This document shows positions 11,847 through 25,703 of a DNA stretch of 64,000 bases, one piece after another. The DNA is taken from contig NW_019091357.1 in NCBI RefSeq assembly GCF_001949145.1, positions 872,671 to 936,670 on the forward strand, given 5' to 3'. Source of the DNA: Acanthaster planci (taxonomy: Eukaryota). The notes beneath the pieces were generated by a model. The model was not told where the DNA came from and did not search any database. It saw only the letters and a program-made list of their open reading frames with translations. The translations under genes and the position numbers were made by a program. Positions within the stretch are counted from its first letter, which is position 1. Every line of letters begins with the position of its first letter.

Positions 11847-13107
11847 ATTATTCTAAATCTGACAGTGAATTTTAAATATACATGTATAAGGAATCGATCT
11901 GTATTCTGTACTACAAATTGAAAGTTGTGGCTTAATTCGAACTCGAGAACTTTGGGCTTAGAGCAAGAACGACCAAGCAAGGAGACTACAGTTGCTCTGG
12001 ATAGGTTTCTCTCATTGAAGGTTTGATGGTATGAAAAGTTTATTTCAAATTTAACTTACACTTATACACAGGTAACGCATTCGTTAAGAATGAAACCATA
12101 AATTCCGTTATGCTGAAAATGTACATCAGATGAAAATAACAATCAATGTTAAGGTCAATGTGCAAATATAAAAAAAGTAATGAAAGAGAGACAAAAATCG
12201 ATTAATATTAGTTCGTGGCTTCGACATCTCTGTCTCGTGCGCATGCGTTGATTTCATACAATGGCTTTGTGTCCACTTTCACTGTTCGGCATTGGTGGCA
12301 TTTCTTATTGCTAAGAATTGTGCGAATCATTACATGATTTGCACGATATATTGTTACGTTCAATCTTTTCAATGAGCACCACCCAGGGCTGGGTGCTGTT
12401 ACAACTACCAGGGGTAACCCAGTTGAAACAAGACGCAAAAAGCGTGCAATGCTGAAAAAGTAAAGAAATTGTACTTGAAAAAGAATAAAAACATTTAAAT
12501 ATCGCAACCGATAATTGGAAACACTTAACATTCAATACCTAACTTATATATAGATGTCAATAAAAACCCGTAAATGCATTTAGTGTAACAAACTTTTGGA
12601 AAGTTTTTACTAAAAATTTTTCAAACAGAAAAAAGACTTCAGCATACTCTCTGCTAGTAACGTTAGGGGGTTTTCAAGGGCTTGAATGAACTTCTGTTTC
12701 GAAAACATGGCTATAATTATTTGCCAGACATTCAGCTTTGAGCAAGATACACATGAAATGACATCGGCTGACCTAGAAATCGCTTTAAAGTGAAATATAA
12801 AATAGTGGAAAGTCCGGCTGAATGATTCTATTCTTCGGTTTGTCTAAAATGTGAACTTCATGTCCAGTCTTAGCCTCAAGACAATGCAATATATTTTGAT
12901 GCAGTAACCTGCAATGCAGTCATTTTTAATTAACTACTGACGCACCTGGAATATAGGAAGGACAGAGTTCACCCAGAAATAATATTTATGAGCAAACAGT
13001 CATCTTAAATGTAGTCACCTTATCACTCGGTAAAACAACCTGAGCAGACCAGCTGTCATACATCATAGTTACGTCACCAGTTTGCTTTCTCTTTTGACCA
13101 GCGCCAA

Positions 13108-16100
13108 TCAGCGATTCCATAGTTCTTGCGGATAGCTGATGTGCCCTGGGACGTTGACGCGGATGGCGTAACGGGGAGATCTGTTCGGTACAGGCGGCTT
13201 AAGGGTCTGGTAGCAACTACCTCGGTCAACCGGGTAGTGACCGGTCTTTGGGTCCATAATGGGCTCGTAATCCATGACCAAGTCCTGATAACAAGGAGGC
13301 GGGTCTGGGTTACTCCTTGTAGCCCTGGAAGGAGGAAAAACGACAGAAAATTATCACTGAATGCGTTACAGTGTCCATCAAAGATGATTAATACGGTTTT
13401 GGCTAGATTCTGACTATCCATGAATCCACGTGAGTCTTTACTGTTTGATGCCACATGACGACTATTATGGGGAAAAGATACAGGAATACTCTATTACGGG
13501 CTCCGACCTGGACCAACATAGGGTGCTATTATCTAAACAACGGGGGCTTCTCTGGTGGTAACTATGCATCGCTGGTTCACGAACGATTATGAAACGCAAG
13601 CGTTGAAGTCGCATAGCTACCAATTAAATGAACACCCCCCCACCAATATGGCTCTTTTCAACCGCTGAAGGCGTGCTTCTGCTCAAGGTGGATAATGCGT
13701 ATGGAAAACATTCGGATTTCAAAGAACTCTATTCCAGCACAATACGTATACTACTATATCGTGATGAAAAGTTTTCGAACAAACTCTCTGAGGGGGGGGG
13801 TGGCTAAGGCAGAAGGAACGTTTTACCGCCCTCTACTGACGCCAATTGTACATGGCATCTTTTTCCGTCTCACCTTTTCCTCGCTATTCGGCGCTTGACA
13901 AGAATGAACAAAATGGCCGTGGTCAGTATGGCTACAAGACAAGCAAGGACAGCTAGAAGGGTGTGCTGGCGATGAATGGTTTCTATAAAAATAACGAAAT
14001 TCGAAATAACATGATATTTAAAACATGAATATTCATAAGTACTTACACATGTATGTAAGTGTCATCAATAAATAAACATCGTCATATCAATTAGTACAAT
14101 TCAATGTGCAGAAAAATAACTTGCATAAGCCTTCAGATACCCACTCATAAATCACCATCACTTTGGATTTCTAGCGTACCATTTGTCAACTTGCCAATTT
14201 CCAATTCACATAATAATCCTATGTCATTGCCCGGGTGCGTTTCTGATCGAAGATAAGGTCAGTGCTGAAATGTATGAATCGTAACCGAAATTTTAAGGAC
14301 GTCATTTCGAGATTTTCATAGCTAGAGGTAGGGAGAAAAGTATGAAGCGTGGGGTATACTTGTCAACATAAACCACTCCGGAATCAACCGTATGTAAGTG
14401 GGTGAGCCCCTGAAATGATTTTTCTTGTCTTGCATGTCGTATACGATCAGCCTATGCCCGCCATGCTACACTTTTAACTCGGCCCGTACGTGCTCTGGAC
14501 ACGGAAACCGTATGCTACGCAGCACGGCTTGTTGAAGCATGCAAATCAGTGCGCACTCGACTGCCCGTACACGATTTGCTTGCATTAAGGCTTTTCCATA
14601 TGTACCTTTTTTGGATGCGTTGCGTACACGATGCGTCCATGCATTTCATTTTTCACGAACACAAAAATCGACTCCGTTAACATAATACACGTTTGCGTTG
14701 CGTTCGAATGTCAAAATCGCCCTGGGAGGGATTTTGACGGATACGCAACGCTTGGCGCAAGTGTTGACGCACGTATGGAAAGGCGCCTTTACTCGTATAC
14801 CCGGATCGTAGATGCGATGTGCCAAGTGTACGTTTATAGCAGGTGCGTGGGTGTAACGAATCGTGCTTGTCTGCAGACGCGCACTGGGTAAGATTAGGAT
14901 TCGGCTGCCTGACATTTAAGGAAGGGACTTACTTGTTTTAAACTGATTATATTCATAACAGAAAGGGTTGTATTTTTGTCGGGGGTAAAAATAGAAGTTA
15001 TCCTCCTAGAAGTTTGAAAAACGTCCTCTTGTAAACAACATAAAGAAAACTCGTACGTCTTACCGTATCCGGTAAACTTGTCGTCTTGTGTCATCCTAGT
15101 TTTGCTGTCAATCGCAACTGTTCACAAAGGAGAGTACATAAAACATCCGTGAGTGCATTTACAACCGAAGGAATGCGGAGAAATAAGGACAATTATGCCA
15201 GCAGCTGAAATGTGAAGAATACACCCAACAGCCGTCAATAATACTCCGGAAATTCACAAAGGTTTTGATATCCGAAACTGTGGAGCTTTCGATTTTTAAA
15301 CTTCAAAGGGTGAAGGAAATGGGTATATCTAAATAAGAAAGGCAGGAAATGTAACCAAAAGCTGAACTTTTGGCCGAGCAGATCCGACAGAACTGGCCTG
15401 GATGCGGGGCTGATATAGGAGTAACCTTAAACTCTTCAACTGGGGTGATGGTTACTAGGTAGGAAGGCATCCTGTGACGACAATAGCATAAATGATTGGT
15501 TTGTATGTAGTGATTAACATCAGAGTCAAACAAAAAAGTCAGGTCATCGGTTGTCAAGTGACGGAGCAACCGCAGTTCCTGCCGTATGCCTTTCGATGGA
15601 GTTTGCCAGGGCTGCCCCGGAAACCCAGCACCCAGACTTTACAGGTTTCGGCCCGCGAGGGGCGCAGGGGAGCTTCGAGTTCACAGGGCCATGTGTTCTG
15701 GCTCGGCTTGTACATGACGGGTTGACGACCCATCTTCTCGCTAGACTGTTAGTGTTAGTAGGACTTAAGAGAGATCCCTGATCATCCCTGGGGCATGGTG
15801 GATAATCCAATGTGCCATGTTATGTCTCAAGGTGTTCCAGAGTTTGTAAACACGCAGCTGGTTGGTGTCAAATCGTGAGCTGAATAAACGGGACTCGACC
15901 ACATACTCCTAAGTTTGAAAAATGTTCTTGAGAACAGGGTCTTTAAGGGCGAGGATATTCTTGAAGAGTAGAACACACAGGTAGAAACACCTGTGGATTA
16001 GATGTGGCTCAGGCTGTTTTGTTTGGATTTACGTCTCTTGCTCAGGTTTGGTTAAAATTGCTGTGTAAGAACAGAAATTACTTCACGAAAAGCAACTCCC

Positions 16101-19100
16101 TCTGCTTGGGGCTCAAACGGTTTGCACCAAATGAATTTCCTAAACGCTTTTACTTCTCCTTACAAGGTTGTCCATCAGCAGCCAGAGTGTTATTATGTCA
16201 GCAGCTCCACCTCCCAAGTTAGTCTGAACTTAAAAGGTCTCATGTCTGCAGGGGCTTTAACATTTTGATTCTTACTTCCCTTGCTCGACTGAAAATAGAG
16301 CGAGACTTGGAACAACCAGACAAGTCTACCACCTGTTTCGGGCGCTCCACTTTACAGACAAAGTGATCACCTTGGCACGCGGGAACCGGTTGTTCCCATC
16401 CCACGGTCCTTCCTGTCCCGTCTCGGACCATGACGCAGCGGGCCGACGCCGCAGACGCGTTGCGCAGCTGGTAGCCTTGCCCACACACGAAGTGGATGAC
16501 GTCACCATATGAATACTTATTTCCAAGGACACGCCCATTAGCGAGCTGGGTGGGCGGGTCACACCGACCTAGTTTTACTGTAAAACAAGCGAGAAAAAAA
16601 TTCATGTTATGGAGGTAATGGTACTTATCTGTTGTCGAGTAATATCCTCTAGGCAAGTTGGCAGAAAGCATCTTGAATTTTAAATAAACAGGGTACTTTA
16701 GCAAGGCAGATGAGCAAAGCCTCCAGCCAAGCAAAGAACAAGAAAAACAGGCTCACGGCACTAAAGGGTAGAGAGAGACCAAGTCATGAAACTAAACCCA
16801 ACAGTATATGTGACACTTCGGAGCATGCAAGGGAACTTTAATCTAGTATCTGTCCTGTGTAAAGAATCATCTTGAATCAATTCACGAAAAGTATGGACTC
16901 ATTCTGGTTTCAAACCAAGAGAGAGTGTGCCCATCAAATAAATTTGGGTTTTTTTTGTACTCTTCCAAGCAAAAGAAGTAAAACAGAGTGCAACTCACCA
17001 TCAAACACTGATATCGTGTCTAACGCAGTCACGGATCGAAGCTGAGATCTCGATCCACCGCACACTTCCTCTTCGTTGCCAGCGCATCGCATTTGACACT
17101 GCCGGTCAGACAGCTTATCGCCCGGCAGGACGGCACCGTAGAACCGCCCGCAGTAACACTCTTTACCGTTCTTAAGACCGGCCAGCAGCGAGCCACTGTT
17201 CCGGCAGTGTTCCCGACACGCCGACACATTCATGCTGGGCAAGGCGACGAAGCCGTCCCGTAGGCGAGAGTTGAAAGAGCCGCTTGGGTCGGAGTAGCAC
17301 CCTAGGTATCCTGGTGCTGTTGAGGAGCATTCGCACAATTGAAAGAGAAAGAATCGAGTTAATTTTACTCTCTGGTACAGTTGCTCTCTCAGAGGGGATC
17401 TCCGAGTAATAAAGCACCCTGAGCAGTGTCTTACACCTGCATACAGATAAGAGTGTTAGAACTCAAACACGTCTTATCTAGGAGTGAGTGCGAGTACGCA
17501 TGCAGGGCTCATCGCGCTGAAGTAGGAGCGATAACGCACATGTATGTTCTGAGTACGAGCAGTAATATCCGTGTACGGGCACGTTCATATCATAAAAGTC
17601 TACACAAACACACACCACAAGTGTGTATTTGCCTGCAACTGAGGACCCCCTATCTTTTGTTTGTACCTTAACTTTTTTAGAAGACCACCCATACGTTTTG
17701 TACACAGTTGTCAATCGGGGACCCTTTGTCAAGGGTCCCCGATTAAATGCAGAAACAAACTCCTGTAAACACGGCCGTGGCCCACTTCAACGATTAAAAC
17801 CACACGTGTACAAGCTCTTGATTTTTATGCCGTGTAAGTTGTATGAGTAAGCTCATGACGAACATACAGGAGCTTAACAGGTTGAAATCGCTCCACATGT
17901 CCCTTCCAATGTAGTTACATCAACTGCTGTGACATCAACATTTTTAATTAAACTGTGCGTACGTTTATGTCAGGTGTCTTCGTGAGTTTATGTCGGGTGA
18001 AGCGGAATTGTGCCACATTATCCTACTTGCTTTCTCACTAAATGAAATCTGACGCTTTCTATTTATCTAGCACCGAGCTTTTTTTGAACAGAAATGAAAC
18101 CTTTGCTAGCAGAAAAACAAGACAATGTGGCACACGTAAGGGGAGTTCAATGACCTGTCGACCGTTAAACGTCCAGTGAGATCCTTTTTGCAGGACAGAG
18201 ATCCCGGAAAACCTTACTTAAAAAGCAACGATTGCTCATTTTCGTACTTGAACTACTTTTCCCCGAAAGAGTAACCATGATATATTTTGGTGATTAAATG
18301 ATTCAATTGCCCAAGAACCTTTTAAGCTTTTCTCACATCGTGTATCAGCAGTTTTAAAACGGAAGTTATTAATCACCACGGTAATAGACGTAGACAGCGG
18401 TTGTCATTAACTGTATGAAAATTTGGCACAAATGTCTGGATTTGTATCTGTTGAGTTAATGTGAATATTCTCGACTTGGGTTCCAATTGCAATCCCCTGT
18501 TCATTTCTGGAATAGTGAAAGTGGGGAAGATTGAGGGCTCAGGATCAGCAAGGCCACAACACCTAGCCAGCAATGCGCCGACTCGAAAAACGGCAATTTG
18601 ACGTCTCAAAAACGGAGCTCGTAATGAGGCGAAACCGGGCCGATTATGTGACGATACACAGCCGGCAACTGACGAAACACACCCGGAAATTGACGAAACA
18701 GAACCGGCAATTGACGAAACACAGCCGGCAATTGACGAAACACAGCCAGCAATGGACGAAACACAGCCGACAATTGACGAAACAGAGCCGGCAATTGACG
18801 AAACACACCCGGAAAATTGACGAAAAAGAGCCGGCAATTGACGAAACACAGCCGGTAATTTGACGACTGTTAACCGGCAATGCGACAAATCTTAATCGGC
18901 AATGTAAGGACACTAGACCGGCAGTACGTGATGACACGGGACCCGCAATGTGACGACGCTAAACCGACAATTTGACGACACTGAAACGACAATTTGACGA
19001 CACTAAGGCAGCACTTTGACGACACTGACCCTATGCAATGTAACGACACTTGGTGATGCAGCATTCTCACGATACTCAACAAAACATGTCTTACGACGCC

Positions 19101-22100
19101 AAATAGGCAGTTTGGTGCGCCAAAACAAGCAATATGACCACACATGGCCGGAAATGCGACAAAGTAACCAAAAAGTTACCTTTTGTCAGAGGCAGGGGCA
19201 ATGATGCGAACCATTAGACCGCTTTCTTTGCAATACCCAGTGTCAATGAAACTCCATTGTTTTGTATCTTATATAATGATAATAAAATCACTTTCTTTCA
19301 GCGTTATGAATCATACTCGCTCTGGCTCTGTTCCTCAATTCGCGTCACTTAAACATGACTCATTCATCCGTGCGTTTGATGTACTCTGCTCAACCACGTG
19401 AGAAAACGCCATGGTTGCCACTCATACACTAGCCCTCAGACCTCCGGTGTCTAAAAAGACTTACTGAATGTTGCAATATACATGTAGTGTGAAAGATCAT
19501 TTGTTGGGCAACATTTCTCAACAGGAGGAAAAAATCTTGGGTCGACACTTAGTTTTATTATTCAGATAACTCTCGAAGTTTTTGTCTAAATTTAAAACTC
19601 TGTCATGATATTTTAAGAACATCTAAAAGACTAGCAGCTGTCTCAGAAAGTCTTTCAAGGGAGCCCGATTACAAGTTAACATCAATACATACAATTTCAA
19701 ACTCACCTTGGCAGACGACCCCAACAGTATCAAGGCAACGTTGTTTTGGAGTGAACTTACAATCCTGCAAACGGTTTTCATCTGGTAAAACAAACGAGCA
19801 ATAACGACAAATGATGAGACTTTTTCAATAAGAGAGGTAGTTGGTCGCGATTCATCATGCCCTTTTCCAGCCAGATCTCTGAATAAGCCCGTACTTATAG
19901 AAGAGTGCAAACCTCTTTCATGTCTGCTTCGTTAAGTTCAGCTTTGTCGGGCAAATATTAATTCAATAGAGCGCCAAAATATTTTCAAAAGCCACAAAAT
20001 TGTGCTCTTCCAAGTGTTTGAAAACGTAACCAGTACTTCTTATACGTGAAGACGAATCTCGCCTCTGTTAAACATGCACAGCATCGCCTTTATTCCACTT
20101 ATTGGCTCCCTGGGCAGCTAATCATGCCTGGACCAATGGCCTCAGCCGAGGGGAAATGAGTAATATGAACCTTTATGAAAGCTGTTCTAAGATTGGCTGG
20201 TTTGCTTCCAAACGATTTCACGTCTAGGACCCTACGGCTTAGAGCCAAAAGGTAATAGGTATTTCAGATGAGAAAATCATCTTAATTGCCCTCTTTATAA
20301 AACAAAGTGCTGAGTTCACAAGAACTAGTGTAGTTCTCAAGTCGTGAAATTCCCCTCTTTTGTCCCAATTTGTTATTTGGTTAAGTAGTTTATTATGCTA
20401 AAGTGTTCTAACCTCATTCTACCGAGATTTCCAATTGCGTACCATATCGCGGTCCACCAACAGGCATCCATCACAGATACACTTTCATTTTTTAAGCAGT
20501 GTGACTGACTAACGGAACGACTCATTGATTTATAAACCATTTAATCGATCTTGAAGTGGTAAAACAGGTACACTTTCTCCTCAATTTTTAAAAACTAGGT
20601 TCAGCTATTCCCAGCTCGTATTGGTCACAGGAAACAATATTGTTTTAATAAGCTTCCGCTGAATAATCCGTGCAAGGACACTAGGATCCCCTTTCCCCGC
20701 CCACAAATTGGGATCCAAATGGTCTTACCACCTGTGCACTCCCAATCACGGGCCAAAGGAACCCCGGCCCCACCCCTGTAATGGTTGTTATTGCGAGCCA
20801 AGGCGGCCCCTGGAAATCCCAGCTGTCGGCAGACCACAATGGCGTCGTCGATACTCCAGCTAGCATCACAGGTCGAGTACCAGCCGCGGAAGCCCAAGTA
20901 GAACTCCACACGACCCGCGTTGGGCGCGGGTCCGTCAGCCAGACGGAGATCTGCGGTAAACCAGTGAAGACCTGAAGGCTTAATCATCGCGGTATATGAT
21001 GATTACCAGCCACTGAGGAACGCGCCACGTGACTACATCTAATTTTGCTTTTATCTTTCGTGAGCATTAGTCAAACGTCATCTTATTACTAACAAAGTCC
21101 TTTTGATTGGTAGACCAGGACATAGGTCTCGCTGAATGTAACTTTGCAATAGACACTGGGCGAGCCGGGGTGCCGCCAGGCGAAGCCCCGAGGTACAACG
21201 AGAGTGAAGGCCGGCCAGGGCCCGGCCGCGCGGCGGCTGGGACCATTTTACTTAAAGCTAATACATGATCTGAAAGTTCTCTTTACGGTTTTGTATTTTT
21301 AGAAATTGAGAAACTATGGATTAAGTGCAGTAACTTCGTTTCTGATATGCTTGGCGTATTAACCTTTCTATTTTGGATGCCTTTTTTAAGTTGCCACTTC
21401 CTAGAAAGTTTCTTCACCATTTAGCGAATTTCCTATATAAGTGTCATGAGCAAAATGTCATCACGAGTCAAGCCGTAAAGGTCACGTGAATATTTTTATC
21501 ATGAAACATGATCCGTCTCGAAGCAAACAAAAGCAAACAAGCAAGTACCCAGTTCCACGTTCCATTCCCTGTTAAAAAGAGAACCTTTAACTAAAAAAGC
21601 TGTTCACAAAGTTTCCCACATTAACCTTTTAGTGAATTGATTACTTCAACAAAATGAGTCTCACGCAAGAATTTGGTCCAGAATCGTGCCTCATGACGTT
21701 ATTTGGAAAATTGAGCACACTATTAAAGTCCTAAATTATCTTAAAAGTCCCCTCTCCTTACTTTGGATCTAATTAATCGACATGATAACTGATTGCGCAA
21801 AATATTGAAAATTGCCCGGTCCCTAGCAATGCAACTTGTCTCAGTTGAAGATAAAAAAAGATTGGGTGTCAATCCGAGAATCTCCGGTGGAAACTGTGCG
21901 TCATATTCACGGCACATGGCCAAGGCAAAGGCAGGCATGCAAGACTTGGCAAGACGCAGAAACTCTCAACTCATAGGAAGGTACCCAGCTATGGGTCGCT
22001 ACTCACAAATAGAGTACCAAACTATCCCAAAAGAAACGATTCTTAAAGTTGCTGGAATAGATGGGTCTAATAAAAATATGGATCCCGTACTATATCGCGA

Positions 22101-23078
22101 GGGATTTGCTTTTCGATCTTCTGATCTTTAACAGCAATGTCACACAGGCATAAACTTAAGACATTGTTTGAGAATGGGGTAATAAGTTTGAATCATATGA
22201 AAGATATTTTTCAAGGTTGTAATTGCGTCTTCGAAGACATAACCACGATCTAAACCGTTTGCATGTCTTCAAGAGAAATACACTGAGGCGAAGTACTAAC
22301 GTCCCATCTGCGAGAATGCAAAGGAGTCTTTTGCTTTTGAAATCTTTCACAATTGATAAACTTGGCACTGACTTAGACCCTCAGTTGAATCGCCCCCGCC
22401 GTTTATTGAGGGACGGGCTTGTGTCATGCCGCCTAACAAGATTGCTCGCCATGGCTACCGGGTCAGACATTGACGTATGTGGATGGGTGTTAATCGAATA
22501 GGTCAGGCCAGGGGCGTGGTCCCTCTTTATTGCCTATGGGCGAGGTGTAATGTCGAAATGTCGTTTTTCTGTGCAGACTTAGTGGCCATTCTTTGAATGG
22601 CTCTTGTGATTTTCATAGTTCCCTGTTTTAGTAGTTGAGGAGTAAGTTGTTGCAAGACCAATCCTGTCGCCTAACGATTTCCCCAGTCCCTCGGGCCTTG
22701 TCGCTGTGGCAACTCTTCATTTCTGTACAGGTGATGCGACAATCATGTTTTGAGAAAGTGAGTTTCCCGCTTAAACATCCCGATACAAAAACTGAAATCA
22801 ATCCATTCTTCCTAATGAGATCTAATACCTACAGACAGTTCGACATCTCAGTACAAACGATAGATACCAGAAACTTACACTAAGCCACTTCTGTGGTCAA
22901 CAAGATCCTTTGTGTAGGAATTAATTACCTTTTTGTTTGATTTTAAAAGCAGTTTTAAATAGTTTATAAATAATAAAGAATGATGCTTACCTCCAATCAT
23001 CTGCGTTCTAGCAATCAAAAATTGTCTTGCACTAACAATCACTAGCGCCCACGAAATGACCGACCACCATACATCCAT
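13108..23078 (-). CDS. Receptor A: type-I membrane protein, signal peptide-SRCR-WSC-CCP(sushi)-stalk-TM-Tyr-motif tail, 8 exons
   Basis: Exons (-): 22991-23078 (SP MDVWWSVISWALVIVSA), 20729-20950 and 19707-19781 (SRCR LRLADGPAPNAGRVE..WECTGDENRLQDC..VGVVC), 16999-17316 (WSC YLGCYSD..CREHC..GKECYCG..CAGNEEEVCGG), 16371-16577 (CCP), 15064-15117, 13874-13982 (TM LLAVLACLVAILTTAILFILVKRR), 13108-13324 (tail). All junctions GT-AG and phase-compatible. Confidence 0.88.
13633..13698 (+). repeat. Dispersed repeat fragment, copy 2 (see 5021-5084)
   Basis: Direct similarity to 5021-5084. Confidence 0.75.
18650..19050. repeat. Minisatellite, about 21-bp unit (gacgaaacacagccggcaatt), degenerating rightward
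   Basis: About 10 clear copies at 18650-18865, then diverged copies; explains the periodic ORFs in the track. Confidence 0.9.
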
Positions 23079-25409
23079 TCTGAAGCCGCTGCACTTTCAA
23101 TGAAGAAACCCTCAGCCTCTCCGGGCTTGAAAACTGGCTTCTCCAGCGGTCGACACGATGAAAACAAAACCTCAAGAGGTGGAAAATCCACAACGTAGAC
23201 GCATACCGTAGTTTCCCAAAGCCACCAGCGTAAAATTTCCACTCATGAAAAGAAATCTCTAACGATTAGGGCGTTGGGCTTTCCTCGATTGAAAAAACAC
23301 CTGTCTTTTAAGTGGGCCAAGAGTTCATTCCAGCCTTGTGAAGCTAAGCAGATTTAGAGAGCACATCCTATCTGACTGTATCCTACATTGGTCCAGCTAT
23401 GACTACCACCATGATTAGAGGCTAAATATAATTTGCATGGTAGGCTGCAGCGTCCTACAACATCCGCCTGGCCAATTGTGTTTTATTCAGCAGTTCCGGT
23501 ACAGTTTGAGTAACTCATTTACGCAACAGATTACCCTAAGGTTGGGCTCAGACACCCCGGACCGAGATCCACAGAGCAGGTTACCACTGTAGTCTCGAAA
23601 CAAGTCTGTTTTTCAAGATGCAAGCAAGCCCCTGTGGCGTCACACAGTGCAGTACAGCCTGCCTCGGCAGAGCGCAGAGTGGAAATGCGTCCAAGTCGGC
23701 GTGTCTCCTGTTCCAGGTCTGAAATGTTATAATATCCGCGAGCTAGCCTCCTGATGACATCACACATTGAAGAGATCCGTGTATTACGGCAGACTGTGAC
23801 TCTAGTCAGCCACATTTAGAGATATCTCTGTTTCTTCAATCTCGGAACTCGTCAGCAAAATGACTGCATTACAGATATCAAGTCTTTACGTTATTGAAGC
23901 ATGACCATAACCTGTACGTGCAAAGCTGGGCTCTTGGCCGAGTCATGGAACGCCTTAATCATGACACCGTGCTACAGTACGGTGGGTCCAGAAATGTCAG
24001 AATACCATTGAAATGTGTCAAAAGCATATTAATATCACATCAAATAACGTTTAGTACAACGACTTGTATACAGATTGGAGGGGACAAACAGGATTGATGG
24101 ATCTTCTCCAGCTCGGTCGGAGTTAAATGTGAAGAGGGGATGGAATAGGCTGTGCATCTCTGTCAAAATGTAAGGAAACCGGTGGGGGAACGCTTGAGAA
24201 GAGGGGTTACAGAAAACTTTTCTAGGGAGGGATTTCCATTCAGAAAAGGTCAAGGGTCACGGGTGTGGTTCCTTTTCCTCCCCTGGACAAATATGCCGAT
24301 CATTGCTGAAGGGTAGAGGGTAGGTAAAAACTTGGCATTCCATGAAAACAAAATCTCAGAACTGTCCACTGAATGAATGTGCTGTGCTAGAAACTGCCTA
24401 AGTTATCAATTTGTCGTCAGGTGCAATCATTTTACATGTATTAGCAGAGATTAGTATAGAGATCAGAATGAAACCACAATGAAACGAACCATTAATTCCC
24501 AAAAACATAAAGCACCAGTAATTCTGTCTTAAGTTAATGTGGCTATAAACCTTATACGGAAGTATTTAATAGGTAGCTTGGAACCGACATCAATTTTACT
24601 TTTTTTTAGTTTTTGATTCAAGTTTCCCCTTAGGCACGACTAAAGAGACATTATGGCATTTCCGATTGGAAATATCAGGCGTCAGTGTCGAGCGGGCAAA
24701 ACGTACGGGTCATTAAGCTGGTGAAAGGTCACTTCAACAGCTCGGTAACTTAACCTATTGGCCTTGAAATAAGGCAATGAGGTTTGTGTCAGCGCCCTCT
24801 GTTGATACAAAGCACTAAGGCCAGTATAGTTCATGATTGAAAGATGCACCAATAATATTTAAAAATGCTGACCAATAAGACAATAGCAATATCAATGGCA
24901 CTAATACCACTCAAGTTTCTAACAATTTTATTCCCAACAACACCCGTGCTGTCAACATTCCAAAGTCGAGCATTTTCACTCGTTTTGTATTCATTACAAA
25001 ATACCGAAAACTTTCGGTGAAGACGGTTGGCGATATGGTATGTATCTGTGCTTTCTAGTTAAATACTTTAAATAATATAAAGAATACTTTCTAGAAAGAT
25101 TCTAACGGAAATTAGGATTTCTCAAACTTCACTTCACAAGTGCTGCATACCTTGTAGGAGCAGGTGAAACAGTTAAAACAAAAACGAAACACAAGTTCTA
25201 TAAATCTGTATCACTTAAAAGTGATTAATAGTCCAACAAACCGTCTTCATGGGTTGAGTGTTCTAAAAATGCCATGCCTATAATTAAATGAAGGAAAGAC
25301 ATGGTATCTAAAAGTTTTTAATGATTAGGATTTGTAGAATTTCTTATTTTGCTTTTTACACGATTTAAATAAGATGTACGTCATTTAAAAAATGCGGTTT
25401 CAAAGTAGA

Positions 25410-25660
25410 CGGTAGTGAAGGTGATGTTAAAAATCTTTATGGTGATGGTGTCAACAGATGTGGGGATGGGGTCAACAGATGAGGTGACAGTACAGGTTAT
25501 AATGGTGATGGTGGTGGAGGTGGTGCTTGACTGAGGCAGTGGTGATGGTGGGTGGTGTACTGAATGTGGTGATAACATCACTACTAACGGCAAAACTTAC
25601 GATTATGACGACAAACTTTTCCATGACAATGACGACGATCAAGATGACACCAACAATAAT
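25410..25660. repeat. Low-complexity (GGT/GAT/GAC)n tract in the 3' UTR region of receptor B
   Basis: ggtgatggtggtggagg..gatgacgac runs. Confidence 0.6.
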
Positions 25661-25703
25661 AGAGATAAACATAGATTTCCCAACCATGACGCTAGAGTAG
25701 AAA

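Noticed and set aside
15150..15280. Hydrophobic minus-strand stretch (GVLLTAVGCILHISAAGIIVLI) as a TM exon
   Set aside because: It needs a frameshift; a clean TM exon exists at 13874-13982.
15492..15810. GC-rich overlapping ORFs in a receptor A intron
   Set aside because: No phase-compatible splice sites or domain; probably a decayed repeat fragment.
18373..18937. Repetitive ORFs on both strands
   Set aside because: Translation products of the 21-bp minisatellite.
21155..21250. GC-rich patch whose minus strand (atggtcccagccgccgcgcggccggg) resembles part of the HDV ribozyme
   Set aside because: No P1 5' strand and no downstream GAAUGGGAC-like P2 partner, so the pseudoknot cannot be formed.
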